Origin: Octopus bimaculoides | Lineage: Eukaryota | Length of the DNA: 39,873 bases | Assembly: GCF_001194135.2 (NCBI RefSeq) | Contig: NC_068993.1 | Span: forward strand, 8,640,405 to 8,680,277 | Reading direction: 5' to 3' | In this document: piece after piece, positions 11,471-23,652 of the stretch | Position numbering within the stretch: the stretch's first letter is position 1 | Layout of the letters: each line of letters opens with the position of its first letter | Made by a program: the position numbers and the translations under genes | The notes under the pieces: generated by a model | The model's input: the letters and a program-made list of their open reading frames with translations, nothing else | Told to the model about the DNA's origin: nothing | The model's database searches: none

Positions 11471-11779
11471 ATCTAGAGGCATCGTGTCCCCAATAAGTCT
11501 AAAGGGTTCTTGTATCCTTACACATTACATAATGTATTGAGTGTGCTGTCCATAGCACCATCATTAGTGAGGTGGTCATGTCCTCAACATTACCCCATGT
11601 CAATGCTTGCTTGCCAGCCTCTTTACTGTGAGAAGCATAAGTGACAGAGGCGTGACTGCTGGTTATGAGAGGAGTGTCTGGTAGATTGAAGTGTGATGAT
11701 GGAAGTCCTCAGTTATGTCAGATTTATAGTTGAAGCAACATCATTGAGATTGTAGGTGTTGATAAAAGTCTATGTGACT

Positions 11780-12118
11780 CAGGAGATGGGGTGATGACAA
11801 GCCCAGGAGGTGTGGCTTAGATATGGTAGTGACAGAGACTCAGGAGGTGTGACTTTGGAAGCAGAGCAGTGAATGACCCAGAGGGTGTGGCTTAGGAGAA
11901 AAGCAGTGGTAGAAACCCAGGGGGTTGTGACTAAGGAGAAAGAGCAGTGACAGAGATCCAGGAGGTGTGACTTAGGAGACAGAAATGACAGAGATCCAGG
12001 AGGTGTGGCTAAGGGAACTGAGCAACGACTAACACAGGAGGTGTGACTTAGGAGATAGAGCAACGACAGTGACCCAGGAGGTGTGGCTTAGGAGATGGAG
12101 CAATGACAGAAACCCAGA
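11780..12118. repeat. 37-41 bp minisatellite, about 8 units
   Basis: Unit CAGGAGGTGTG(G/A)CTTAGGAGA-AGAGCA(G/A)TGACAGAGACC starting near 11804, 11841, 11879, 11918, 11959, 11997, 12035 and 12075. Confidence 0.9.
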
Positions 12119-12266
12119 ATGTGTTGGGGGAAGGAAGGAAGGAGTAAACATATGGCAGACACATATGAATCATACTTATACTCAGAATCATCTCAGAATA
12201 ATGTATGCCAAAAAAATTTTTAAATGTGTCATTCATCTCCTTGGGGCAATAACTACATTTTGTAAT

Positions 12267-12308
<42 letters not shown>

Positions 12309-12472
12309 CATGTGTAGCTTTGAGTTCAACAAACTATCACCATGACAACAGTAGTCGATGGACATCGTTTTATATAAGCGATCCATCAGTTTTTGCATTG
12401 AAGATTTTCTTACGATTAAGAATGTCTTTCTAACACTAAAAACTAGACTGATTTAAGTTTCAACAAATAAAT

Positions 12473-12613
12473 AGGTGTAGGCATAGCTGTGTGGTTAAGA
12501 AGCTCAATTTACAAGCACAAGGTCTCAGGTTCAATCCTACAGCTCTGAGCTGACCAAAGCTTTGTGGGCAAATTTGGTAGATGGAAACTGAAAGAAGTCC
12601 TTTGGGTGTGTGT

Positions 12614-12648
<35 letters not shown>

Positions 12649-12665
12649 TTTGTTTGCCCCACCGA
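12473..12665 (+). mobile_element. SINE family A-like 5' half with internal deletion
   Basis: gcatagctgtgtggttaagaagc...caggttcaatcc...gaccaaagctttgtgg...ggtagatggaaactgaaagaag. Confidence 0.7.
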
Positions 12666-12794
12666 TTCGTCCAAGCCCATCCCCTTGGCTGTGGTTTTGC
12701 TAGACAGTAGGTCGGTACAGTGGGAATCTCGTTGATCCATTCATTCGGGTTGAATGGCGCCGACCACTATAATACACCGGCATCTTGGTATAGG

Positions 12795-13004
12795 GTTAAA
12801 CATTCAGCACTTAAACCGGTCATATGTGGCCCAAATACTCTAACTGTTTTATGTTCAAAACCAGCCAGATCCAACCTCTCTCACCTACCCTACAATGACA
12901 TTCTAAAAATAAACAATCACACCATTGAAAACTCAAGCAAGATTAATTCAAAATATTGTAAATAAACAAACTTTACATTTCACAAAGTAATCTGAATGCT
13001 AAAG
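12795..13004 (-). mobile_element. MITE-like non-autonomous DNA transposon, same family as 34114
   Basis: Ends tgaatgctaaag, the reverse complement of ctttagcattca at 34119; the internal ccctacaatgacattctaaaaataaacaatcacacc is the reverse complement of sequence at about 34545-34580. Confidence 0.7.
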
Positions 13005-13257
13005 TAGAAAATTTGTATCATATAACCAGGCATAGTCTCAGGTAGAGGTTGGTATCAAAGCAGTCAAATTCGTAATTTCCTTAGTTCTTTGAGATATTTT
13101 GGTCTGCAGGAAATTCCATCAATTCATGTGAGAATACAAAAGAATATTATGTCAGCAAAATTGAAATTTCGTACATCTGAAGTTCTTCATTTTGGTGCAC
13201 AATTGGATAAATGTTCCAGGCAAAAAAAAATGATGATATATTTGGAAAAAATCAGTG

Positions 13258-13307
<50 letters not shown>

Positions 13308-14340
13308 GTACTGACTTTTTTATTCTAATTTTATTTATTCATTTAATTTAATATTTATTTATTTATTTGTTGCCCTGTGAATCTATTTAAAAATAACAAA
13401 TTCCAAAAAACTTGAAATTCAATACTTAGAAATTTAATATAGTTTTGTGTGTGTGTGTGTCTCTCTTTCTATTTCTAGCACACTTTCAGTCTGTCTTTTC
13501 CTCTCACTTCCTCTTCCAACCCCCCCTCTCTCCCCCTTTTCTTTTTACCCTTCCTTGTCTCTCTACCTCTTGCTTTCTCTCTCCATATCTTCCCATCTCA
13601 CTCTCTCTTTTTTCTTTTTAACTTCCTTCTCTCTCTTTGTCAGACTTTCTTTCTCACTTCCTCTTCTTATCTTCTTCCTCTCTCTCGTTCTCTCGTTCTC
13701 TCTCTCTCTCTCTCTCTCTCTCGTTCTTTCTCTCCCCATTTAGAATTATGTGTGTCAGTGTAGTACATCATGTCCTCTATGAGTGTGTGCATGTTTGCAT
13801 ACACTTACACACGTGTGTGTTACATACATATGTGTTTATATATATGTGTGTGTGTGTATACATATATATATGCATGTGTATGTTATATTCCACACCCATC
13901 AGTGAGATTATATTCAACAGAGATGAAATCCATTTCTGCTTTGTCTCGCCCACTTGGGCAAACAATTTTCGTTGTTCATGTGTGTGCGTGGATATATATA
14001 TTGTTGTTTTTTTTGCTTTTATTTGCTTCCTCTACCCCCTGGTGGGAATGTGGGTGACTAGAATTGTATATTTGCTTACTTCAAATAATTTCAAAATTTT
14101 TTTTCAGTTATATACATTTTTTTTTTGTTATTTGTTTCCTAGATAATTTAGTAAAGGATAGGGATAAAGTAATTATAATCAATTCAATCTACCCCTAATA
14201 TATAACTGGTATTCCATTAGATCAAATCTGTTGGGATGAGCGTATGAGAGAGAGAGAAAAAGAAATGAACTTATGAGGCTCTACAGAGTCACTCAGACTG
14301 CTAGAATCAAGTCAAATATCCCTCAGACCACACTTTGTTC

Positions 14341-14580
14341 ATATCATCATCATCATCATTTTAACATCCACTTTTCTATACTCGCATGTATAGAATTTGT
14401 TGAGGTGAATTTTCTATGGCCAAGTGCCTTTCCTGTTGCTAACCCTCACTTGTTTCAAAATCGAAGTAATATTTTCCCATAACCAGGCAGGTTTTCATGA
14501 AGGTTTGGAAACAAAGAACACTGCTTGCATAACAGTGATACCTGTTTATGACTACCATGTAATGTGAAGGCAAAGAGACA
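14341..14580 (-). mobile_element. Family B-related (B2) retroposon
   Basis: (cat)n-ttttaacatccacttttc...gcctttcctgttgctaaccctcacttgtttc...taatattttccc; reverse complement of the 28476 copy. Confidence 0.65.
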
Positions 14581-14651
14581 GTACACTGACTCACACACAT
14601 CTATACTCAAAGATACATACATATGTGTATGTGTGTGTGTATGTATATACA

Positions 14652-15062
14652 CAGGAGTGGCTGTGTGGTAAGTAGCTTGCTTACCAGCCTCATAGTTCCA
14701 GGTTCAATCCCACTTTTACTTGTTTCGGTCATTTGACTGTGGCCATGTTGGAGCACCACTTTTAATCGAGCAAATCGACCCCAGGACTTATTCTCTGTAA
14801 GCTTAGTACTTATTCTATCGGTCTATTTTGCTGAACTGCTAAGTTACGGGGACGTAAACACACCACCATTGGTTATCAAGCGATGTTGGGGAGCAAACAC
14901 AGACATACAAACATATACATACACATACATATATACGACGGGCTTCTTTCAGTTTCCGTCTACCTGAGGCTATAGTAGAAGACACTTGCCCAAGGTGCCA
15001 CGCAGTGGGAATGAACCCGGAACCATGTGGTTCGTAAGCAAGCTACTTACCACACAGCCACT

Positions 15063-15064
<2 letters not shown>
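14652..15064 (-). mobile_element. SINE family A minus-strand copy (14714-15064, about 28-bp internal deletion) abutting a plus-strand SINE-A head (14652-14713)
   Basis: caggagtggctgtgtggtaagtagc...ttcaatcccac runs directly into tail ttttacttgtttc...; the minus copy ends accacacagccactcc. Confidence 0.88.
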
Positions 15065-15148
<84 letters not shown>

Positions 15149-15171
15149 CTATATATTTATATATATCTTCA

Positions 15172-15295
15172 TCGAATGACCATGTGACTGACCAAGCTAT
15201 CAGAGGTTGTTACACTTGATTGGCCACAATATGCTTTTGCATTGTTTTAGCCTTCAAATGACACCACCCCACTGACCAGGCAAGCAGGCCGACCC
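15172..15295. mobile_element. Interspersed repeat family K (second copy 23111-23196)
   Basis: Shared gttacac..tggtcaca..gc..tgcattgttttagc.ttcaaatga..cac. Confidence 0.6.
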
Positions 15296-15319
15296 CTCCC
15301 ACTGACTGAAGGAATGTGA

Positions 15320-15427
15320 AATGAAGTGTTTTACTTAAGAACACAATACACCGCCCATTCATGGAATCTAAACCCATGATCTAGCGATTGTAAATGCAAC
15401 AGCCTAACCACTAGGCCACATGCCCCT
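15320..15427 (-). mobile_element. tRNA-derived SINE head fragment
   Basis: Minus strand reads ggggcatgTGGCCTAGTGGttaggc...gggtttagattcc...gtgttcttaagtaaaacacttcatttcac. Confidence 0.65.
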
Positions 15428-15943
15428 GATATATCTTCATATGTATACATACCCACACACGTGTACTGACACACAAACTTACCACATACACATACACACA
15501 CACACCATATACATACATATACGTGCATACATGCACTACATACTTACATGGAGGCAAACACTCAGCATTGTTGTCTCTGCAATAACATTCCCTAAATTCT
15601 AGTAAACCAGAATAAAAAAAAAAAACGGTGATACTTTATCTTGAGAACAGCTTGGGTATACTTCTGTAATGTCAATGTGACTTACCACCCTGTACCTACC
15701 CTTTTATCTTTTGGTAGCTTCTAATCACCTATTATCCCCTTTTTGCTTGTGTTCTTTCTGTCTGTGCGAAAGAAGAATTAAGAAATTGGTGAGAGATAGG
15801 CATGCAGCAAGATAGGCACATGAAGAGAGAGAGAGAGTGTAGGAGAGACATATAGAAAGACAGAGGGAGAGAAATAGATAAGCAGACAAACAGAGAGAGA
15901 GAGAGAAACAGAGGGAGAAAGAGAAAGATAAAGATATATATAT

Positions 15944-16330
15944 AGGCGCAGGAGAGGCTTTGTGGTAAGTAGCTTGCTTACCAACCACATGGTTCTGGGT
16001 TCAGTCCCATTGCGTGGCACCTTGGGCAAGTGACTTCTATTATAGCCTCGGGCCGACCAAAGCCTTGTAAGTGGATTTGGTAGACGGAAACTGAAAGAAG
16101 CCCATCATATATATGTGTATATATATGTGTGTGTGTTTGTCCTCACAACATCGCTTGACAACCGATGCTGGTGTGTTTATGTCCCCGTCACTTTGCGGTT
16201 CGGCAAAAGAGACCAATAGAATAAGTACTAAGCTTACAAAGAATAAGTCCCGGGGATCGATTTGCTCGACTAAAGGCGGTGCTCCAGTATGGCCACAGTC
16301 AAATGACTGAAACAAGTGAAAAAGTAAAGA
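15944..16330 (+). mobile_element. SINE family A, full length
   Basis: Colinear with 572-966 from head to tail. Confidence 0.9.
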
Positions 16331-16541
16331 GGAAAGCATAAAAAGTGCAACCCAGGTGAAAAATCTACCTGTAGTTGATTTACATTGCTAATTATTCACT
16401 GTATGTATGAATTGTGCATTGTATATTGATATGCTTATTAACAGGATTATATAAACACAATCCGATTGATCCCACCTGTTGCTTGGGTAATTGTGTAATC
16501 TCGATTATCCTCCACATACCATACACCACACACACAATGAT

Positions 16542-16686
16542 GATCATCATCATCATCATTCAATGTCCATTTTCCGTGCTGGTATGGGTTGGCCAGTTTG
16601 ACCAGAGTTGGCCAGCAGGAGGGCTGCACCAGGTTCCAGTCTGATATGCTTTGGTTTCTATGGCTGGATGCCATTCCTAACACCAA
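16542..16686 (-). mobile_element. Family B retroposon
   Basis: (cat)n-tcaatgtccattttccgtgctggtatgggttgg...gtttctatggctggatgccattcctaacaccaa. Confidence 0.78.
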
Positions 16687-16769
16687 TACACATACACGAT
16701 ATAATACACACACAGTCACACACACACACACACACACACACATACATGATATGATATAAATATATATCT

Positions 16770-17010
16770 TTTATCTTTTACTTGTGTCAGTCGTTGGACC
16801 GTGGCCATGCTGGGGCACCACTCCAAAGAAGTTAGTCAAACAGTTCAACCTGGCTGTTTGAATCACAAGTACTACTCATTTTTGCCAGTTGAGTGGACTG
16901 GAGCAATGGGAAATAAAGTGTCTTGCTTAAGGGCACATTGTGACTCCAGGAATGAAACTCCTGATCTTATTATTATGAGTTGAACACCTTGGCCACTAAG
17001 CTGTGCACCT
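16770..17010 (-). mobile_element. Composite SINE (A-type tail with a D/E-type tRNA head)
   Basis: Tail ttttacttgtgtcagtc...ccatgctggggcacc; head aataaagtgtcttgcttaaggg...ccactaagctgtgcacct. Confidence 0.6.
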
Positions 17011-17343
17011 TCTCTCACTATAGCTATAGCCTCTAGCTGACCGCTGTCTTTGGAATGAAAACTAGTGAAAGTAATTAGTCCAGAAGCTTGTTATTGAGTT
17101 GGTCCGAAGGGGGAGGGGTGCAAAGGAAAAGGGACTTGCCCCAAGGTGCTGTGCGGTAGGACTGAACTTGTAACTATACTGTTGCAAGGTGAGCTTAACC
17201 ACACAGCCATAGGTGTGTGTGTGTGTTAAAAGAACCAGCAGTTGACCTTAGAATTTTGTGATGTGGTCAGACTTGTGGCTGGTTGTTAATTCTGAAGGTC
17301 AAGGCCAAAGTGAGACAAGTGTTGGTTAGCTGACCTTTCAACT

Positions 17344-17975
17344 TTGTGCTTGCCTCTTAGCATTAGTCACTCACACACTCACTCTACCCCCCCCCCCCCT
17401 ACATCTCACTCTTTTGCACTCTATCTGTGTATCTCTCTGTCTGTTTGTACTTCTCTCTCTCTCTCTGTACTTCTCTATCTCTCTCTCTGTTTTTACTTCT
17501 CTATCTCTCTCTTTCTCCCTCTCTCTCTCGCTGAATCCCTCTCTCTTTCTCCCTCTTTTGTTGTCTGTCTCTCTTCCTCTCTCACTGTATCTCTCTCTTT
17601 TGCTGTCTCTCTCTGTCTCTTTCTCTCACACATACATGCTGTCTCTCTCTTCCTCCTCTCTCTCTCTCCTCTCTCTCTCCCTCCTCTCTCTCTCCCTCCT
17701 CTCTCTCTCCCTCCTCTCTCTCTCNNNNNNNNNNNNNNNNNNNNNNNNNNNNNNNNNNNNNNNNNNNNNNNNNNNNNNNNNNNNNNNNNNNNNNNNNNCT
17801 CTCTCTCTCCCTCCTCTCTCTCTCTCCCTCCTCTCTCTCTCTCCCTCCTCTCTCTCTCCCTCCTCTCTCTCCTCACATGTATGTCTCTCTCTCCTCACAT
17901 GTCTGTCTCTCTCCTCTTTCATATGCTGTTTCTCTTCTCCCACACATACATGCTCTCTCTCTCTCTCTCTCTCTC
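17344..17975. repeat. (CT)n-rich low-complexity tract with a ctcctctctctctcc 15-mer
   Basis: Direct inspection; source of the SLSL and ERER ORFs. Confidence 0.9.
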
Positions 17976-18751
17976 ATTAAATGAAATACAAGCAAAACAA
18001 TGACACGTATGTGTGTCATGAGAAAACACAGACTAATAGTTCTTTCAAGAATCTAACCATGACCATCTCCTCAGGAATTTTTCGTCTCTATGAGCTAACA
18101 TGGAAACTGCTCACTGTTGCTGAGCTTGGTAGAAATAACAGCCAAATCTCCTCCCACACCACACTCTACTGCTAGAAATAACAGCCAATTCACTCCAATA
18201 CCCTGTTCTACTGATATTCGTAACTGTGAAGTCACTAAATTTATATAACTTTTGTTATAATATTTGACACCTTGGGGTTAGTTCCAAAGCTTTGAATAAA
18301 TTTAATAGACAACTGTCATTGTACATGTGCATCATTTAATGTCTGTTTTCCATGCTGGTATAGGTTGGACAGTTCAACAGGAGCTGGTAAGGACCCAGTC
18401 GTCTGCTTTGGCATCATTTCTACAGGTGGACAAATGAAAGAAAGTGGAACTCAGCACATTATTTGATAGGAGTTACATATATATATATATATTAAATTGT
18501 ATATATGTATATTTATGCTTGTGTGTTTGTATCAGCAACAGTTACAAACAAGCATCACCATCGTGCAAGCAATGTCCCTTGCTCAGTCTTCAATAAAAAC
18601 CCGGCTAATGTTAGCCTTGCGGAAATATTACCTCACTTTGAAACAGATGAGTAGAAGACATTTACCCAAGGTGCTGTGCAGTGGAACTGAACCTTAAACC
18701 ATGCAGTTGAGAAGCAAACTTTAAAAAAATAAATAAATAAAATAAACAGTT

Positions 18752-19181
18752 GCAGGAATGGCTGTGTGGTAAGAAGCTTGCTTACCAACCACATGGTTCC
18801 AGGTTCAGTCCCATTGTGTGGCACCTTGGGCTAGTGTCTTCTACTATATCTTTGGGCTGACCAAAAGCCTTGTGAGTGGATTTGATAGGAGGAAACTGAA
18901 AGATGCCCATCATATATGTGTGTGTGTATATATATGTATATATATATATATATATATACACACACATACATATATATAAATGTGTGTTTGTGTTTGTCCC
19001 CCCAATATCGCTTGACAACCGATGCTGGTGTGTTTATGTACCCGTAACCCAGTGGTTCAGCAAAAGACACCAATAGAATAAGTACAAAGAATAAGTCCTG
19101 GGGTCGATTTGCTCGACTAAAACTAAAGGTGGTGCTCCAGCATGGCTGCAGTCAGATGACTGAAAAAAGTAAAAGAATAGA
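18752..19181 (+). mobile_element. SINE family A, full length
   Basis: gcaggaatggctgtgtgg...ggttcagtccc...ggtgctccagcatggctgcagtc...aaaagtaaaagaatagaa. Confidence 0.9.
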
Positions 19182-19189
19182 ACAGAAGG

Positions 19190-19252
19190 GGTAAAACACC
19201 TGATCGTGAGTCCGGTCTGACCTTGGGCTAAACAACAACAACAACAACAACA
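19190..19252 (+). mobile_element. (CAA)n-tailed repeat family H, 3' end
   Basis: ctgaccttgggctaaa(caa)n. Related copies at about 22045-22140 and 33880-33962 (+), 26565-26640 (-), and 36240-36625 (two decayed tandem copies). Confidence 0.65.
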
Positions 19253-19680
19253 AACACAGTTATGTACCTATAAACAAGACACCTCACTCTAAAGAGTATT
19301 GAAAAAAAACAAAAACAAAAAAAAAAGCATTATTTCTATTGATACATTACATAAATATAAAGATCACCACCTCCATTTTTCATTGCCCCCTCCCCCACCC
19401 TACACATCGCTGCAGAGAAGATAAATTTAATAGTTAGACCAATCTTCATTGATGACATGTTTATAGATGTTAGTAGTGATTTATTATTTTTTATAGTTAA
19501 TAAAGCTGTATTGATCTTCCTTCTTTATGTTGATCGGCTCCGTAACATCTTCGTCTACTTATCAAAAAAATACAGCTACTTCAGTCCTCAAACATACAAC
19601 TAATTACTTGGTTCATATGTTTGGCTTTCTGTCTGTCTACCTGTGTCTCTCTTCTTTGAAGTTCCTTCATATATACATAC

Positions 19681-19715
<35 letters not shown>

Positions 19716-19754
19716 TGCACACACACACACATATATATATATACATACATAGAA

Positions 19755-19807
<53 letters not shown>

Positions 19808-20692
19808 CTAACATATACACACACACATGTATGTATATATATATATATATATANNNNNNNNNNNNNNNNNNNNNNNNNNNNNNNNNNNNNNNNNNNNNNN
19901 NNNNNNNNNNNNNNNNNNNNNNNNNNNNNNNNNNNNNNNNNNNNNNNNNNNNNNNNNNNNNNNNNNNNNNNNNNNNNNNNNNNNNNNNNNNNNNNNNNNN
20001 NNNNNNNNNNNNNNNNNNNNNNNNNNNTATATATGTAAATGTCGAATGATGGAAATGGGTGCTCAACCGCATTGAAGAATTTTTAGTTGAATATTTGTGT
20101 GTACATATGCATATATACTCATATTTTGAGTTCTGTTTTTTTTTTTTTTTGCATCACTAAACATATCTATCTAGTGAGGCTACCTATTTGTCTATCAGTC
20201 TATTTATCTAACTAGCTATCAGTCTTTTTTTCCATCCATCTATCTATCAGTCTATATATCTGTCTCTTTATCTATCTATCTGTCTCTATTCATCTGTCTG
20301 TCTATCTATCTCTGTATCTTTCTCCATAGAGTTATTTGACTGCTCTGTGTATGTGTGTGGGTTCAAGATATGATCCAAGAGTTTTGGGGAATAGTGAACG
20401 CATGGGCAAACTCAATGAATGCTTCCCTACCCTTTCTCCAGTCAAAACATACTTTTTTTTTTTTTTTCAGATATGATTTAATTTTTTTTTAATATATTGG
20501 CAGTATTTCAACAATTTTATCTCCAGGTTGAAGCACCTGTTGAGAAGGATCTATAAAAAAAAAAAAAATTTTCCCATTTTAAACGAAGAATTAATTGATA
20601 AAATTTTTGGCAAATTTTAATGCAATTCTCTTCCCACCTCTTTTTATCCTCAAGGAGCAATATGTGTGTGTGTGTATAGATGTATGTGTTTC

Positions 20693-20784
20693 TTTTATCT
20701 TGTTTCCAGACTGCAGCCAAGCTGGGGCACCGCCTTAAATAATTTCTAGTCACATGACTCGACCCCAGTATTTATTTTTTTAAG

Positions 20785-20827
<43 letters not shown>

Positions 20828-21094
20828 AACAACTAAGTTACAAGGATGTAAACTTACCAACTCTGGTTGTCAAGCGATGATAGGTAACAAACAGACACAC
20901 ATACACACACACAAACATCCATGTGCATCCATATATACAACAGGCATCTTTCAGTTTCTGTCTATGAAATCCACTCACAAGGCTTTGTTCAGCCCAAGGC
21001 TATAACAGAAGGCACTTGCCCAAGGTGTCGCACAGTGGGACTGAACCTAGAACCATGTGGTTGGAAAGCAAGCTTCTTACCTCACAACCACACC
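20693..21094 (-). mobile_element. SINE family A variant
   Basis: Reverse-complement colinearity, including aaatccactcacaaggcttt and gggactgaacc...accacacc. Confidence 0.82.
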
Positions 21095-21112
21095 TTATAT
21101 TAAATAATAATA

Positions 21113-21335
21113 ATCATCATCATCATCATTGTATGTCCATTTTCCATGCAGTCTTAATTGGCTGGTTTGATAGAATCCAGTCAGCTGGAGGGTCATGTCA
21201 AGCTCTAGTGTTCAGCTCTGACATGGTTTCTATGGCTGGATGCCCTTAGCTAAAGCCAACCACTTTGAAATGTGTGCTGCATGCTTTTTTCATTGCACCA
21301 GCATTAGTGAGGTCACCATGCAGCTTGCAAGACCA
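21113..21335 (-). mobile_element. Family B retroposon, diverged
   Basis: (cat)n...gtccattttccatgc...gtttctatggctggatgccctt...gccaaccacttt...gcaccagcattagtgaggtcacc. Confidence 0.72.
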
Positions 21336-21692
21336 GAAGGGAACACAGAAAGGGAAACTGGAAAAAGTTTCCTTAACTAAATGAGGGAGTAGTATTTAAG
21401 TAAGAGGTGTGGTAACAGTTCTGTGTCAGGTGTTCATAGGTTAAAATGTAATAGGGAGACAAGCTCAGATCTCTTACTATACAGGAGATACAAGGTTACA
21501 CTACATATTATATAAGGGTAGGATGTTTGTATCTCCTGCATGTTTATATTTATATATATATATATATATATAAAGAATAATAATAAATGGAGCAAAACGN
21601 NNNNNNNNNNNNNNNNNNNNNNNNNNNNNNNNNNNNNNNNNNNNNNNNNNNNNNNNNNNNNNNNNNNNNNNNNNNNNNNNNNNNNNNNNNNN

Positions 21693-21732
<40 letters not shown>

Positions 21733-21842
21733 AGAAGCACAAATAAACATTACAAACCTCATTCAGGAATAGCAAAATCCTATGAAAGCACTGGTTAGTT
21801 ATCTATACAAAGAATATTGAACATTACAGTTAATGCTCAACT

Positions 21843-21972
21843 GCATCCAGCCATAGAAACCAGGCCAAAACAGGCATGGACTTCAGACAGCTTTACAGCA
21901 GACGAGATCCAGTCAAAGCATCCAACCCATGCCAACATGGAAAGCAGACGTTGAATGATGATGATGATGATA
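21843..21972 (+). mobile_element. Family B retroposon, 5'-truncated
   Basis: gcatccagccatagaaacc...catccaacccatgccaacatggaaagcagacgttgaat(gat)n. Confidence 0.78.
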
Positions 21973-22784
21973 TTTAGAACTTAAATTACTCTGAAATATT
22001 GATGGAAAGTTTTTATTTAGATCACTTTAGAATAGGAAGTTTGTAACATCGAACCAGGTAGAGGTGGTCTCAAGTGGATTAGTATCAAAAGGGTTATTCA
22101 TGAGTCTCTTCAGCCAGGGTTGACCTGGGCTTAACCACCACCACTACTACCACCACCACCACTACACCCAGAATGGTATTGAGAAATAAGATACCTGGTA
22201 ATAATCAGATGTAAATCCCATTAAATCCTTGAGTGAAGATGTTAATATTATCAAAAAATTAAAAAAGATATCTTTTTCAAAAAGCATAAATAAGTAAATG
22301 AACTTTTATCTCCAAAGAGGAGGTTAATAGCTTGGAAAAATAATAATCTTATTCACATCTCAGACATGTATCTAATTAGTTGATGTTGTTGATGTAAAGA
22401 ATTGAAAAACTAAACATCCAGAGTAACACACCGCAAATAACACAGGATGAATCGAAAATGATATATGTTAATGGTTTTGATAGTGGTAGTGGTGGTAGTG
22501 GTGTTGGTGGTGGCTTATGTAATACAGAATTTGAACAAGCTGCTCTGATTTGGTGTGTGTGTGTGTTACAATTATGCCAACTGAAAGCTTGTTTGTTTCA
22601 ATCCATGCATCCTCATTCATGTTATAAGGAGCAGGAGGAAGGAATAGTGATGATGATGGTGGTGGTGGTGATAATGATGGTCATCTTTGTCCATTGTTTT
22701 ATGTCTGGATTTTCTGAGAAATATGGCATAGCTATTCTATAACTAGGATAATCGTAGTTAACTGTCATTCATTTGATGTCATAA

Positions 22785-22826
<42 letters not shown>

Positions 22827-22834
22827 GGGTAAAG

Positions 22835-23110
22835 ACACTCTTTGGTCATGCATGACCATAGGATTGCACCTAGAAAGTTACCCTCCAAGGCACAAGTCCA
22901 CGCAAGGTTGTTTATGGAAGGCCAGCAATCGTCCATGCATACCAGCTTCCCGTCTCAATGCCATTGAGGTTATCCAAAGGAAAGGCAATGGCCGATGAAG
23001 CTAAGTAAACTGGAAAAGCATGAAATGAAGTGTCTTGCTCAAGAATACAACACATAGCCCAATCTGGGAATCGAACTCACTACCTCACGATTTTGAGCCC
23101 GATACTCTAA
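22835..23110 (-). mobile_element. SINE family D
   Basis: Reverse complement of the 8285/4072 sequence; head gggaatcgaactcactacctcacgattttgagcccga. Confidence 0.82.
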
Positions 23111-23282
23111 TGGCCAAACTACTGGATGTCGTTATACATCGCTGGTCACAGTGCGCTCTGCATTGTTTTAGCTTTCAAATGATGCCACTCTGATGGAAAT
23201 GAAGGACACTGCTTGCATGAAGTCACATGTAGTCAAGATAAGAAGACAGCAACACATGCGTGCACACACACACACACACACA

Positions 23283-23407
23283 TATGATGAGCTTCTTTCA
23301 GTTTCCATCTTCCAAGCCTGGGGCTATAGTAGACAACACTTGCAGTGGGATTGAACACAGAGCTATGTAGTTAGGAAACTTTTTACCACACAACCATGCC
23401 TACACCT
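23283..23407 (-). mobile_element. SINE family A, 5' half with deletions
   Basis: gagcttctttcagtttccatc...ggctatagtaga...gcagtgggattgaac...accacacaaccatgcctacacct. Confidence 0.7.
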
Positions 23408-23430
23408 GTGTGTGTGTATATATATATATG

Positions 23431-23652
23431 TTGCCAGTATCGCCTGACTGGCCTTCATGCGGGTGACACGTAAAAGCACCCCCTACACTCTGAGTGGTTG
23501 GCATTAGGAAGGGCATCCAGCTGTAGAAACTCTGCCAAATCAGATTGGAGCCTGGTGTAGCCATCTGGTGTCACCAGTCCTCAGTCAAATCGTCCAACTC
23601 ATGCTAGCATGGAAAGCGGACGTTAAACGATGATGATGATGATGATGATGAT
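23431..23652 (+). mobile_element. Family B retroposon, young subfamily, longest copy
   Basis: Near-identical to 25090-25251 and 31336-31500; ends gcggacgttaaac(gat)n. Confidence 0.9.

Noticed and set aside
11780-12118. CRISPR-like appearance of the 39-bp repeats (also the 79-bp array)
   Set aside because: There are no unique spacers, the repeats are degenerate, the context is eukaryotic, and there are no cas genes.
19489-19600. Protein-like readings on both strands (VDEDVTEPINIKKEDQY; NKAVLIFLLYVDRL)
   Set aside because: Splice context is weak or one-sided, and there are nearby in-frame stops.
20527-20556. Acceptor followed by VEAPVEKDL*
   Set aside because: Nine codons is too short to support, and no matching upstream exon was found.
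21482-21538. 11-bp inverted repeat CAGGAGATACA/TGTATCTCCTG
   Set aside because: Short stem with a long unpaired loop; compatible with chance.
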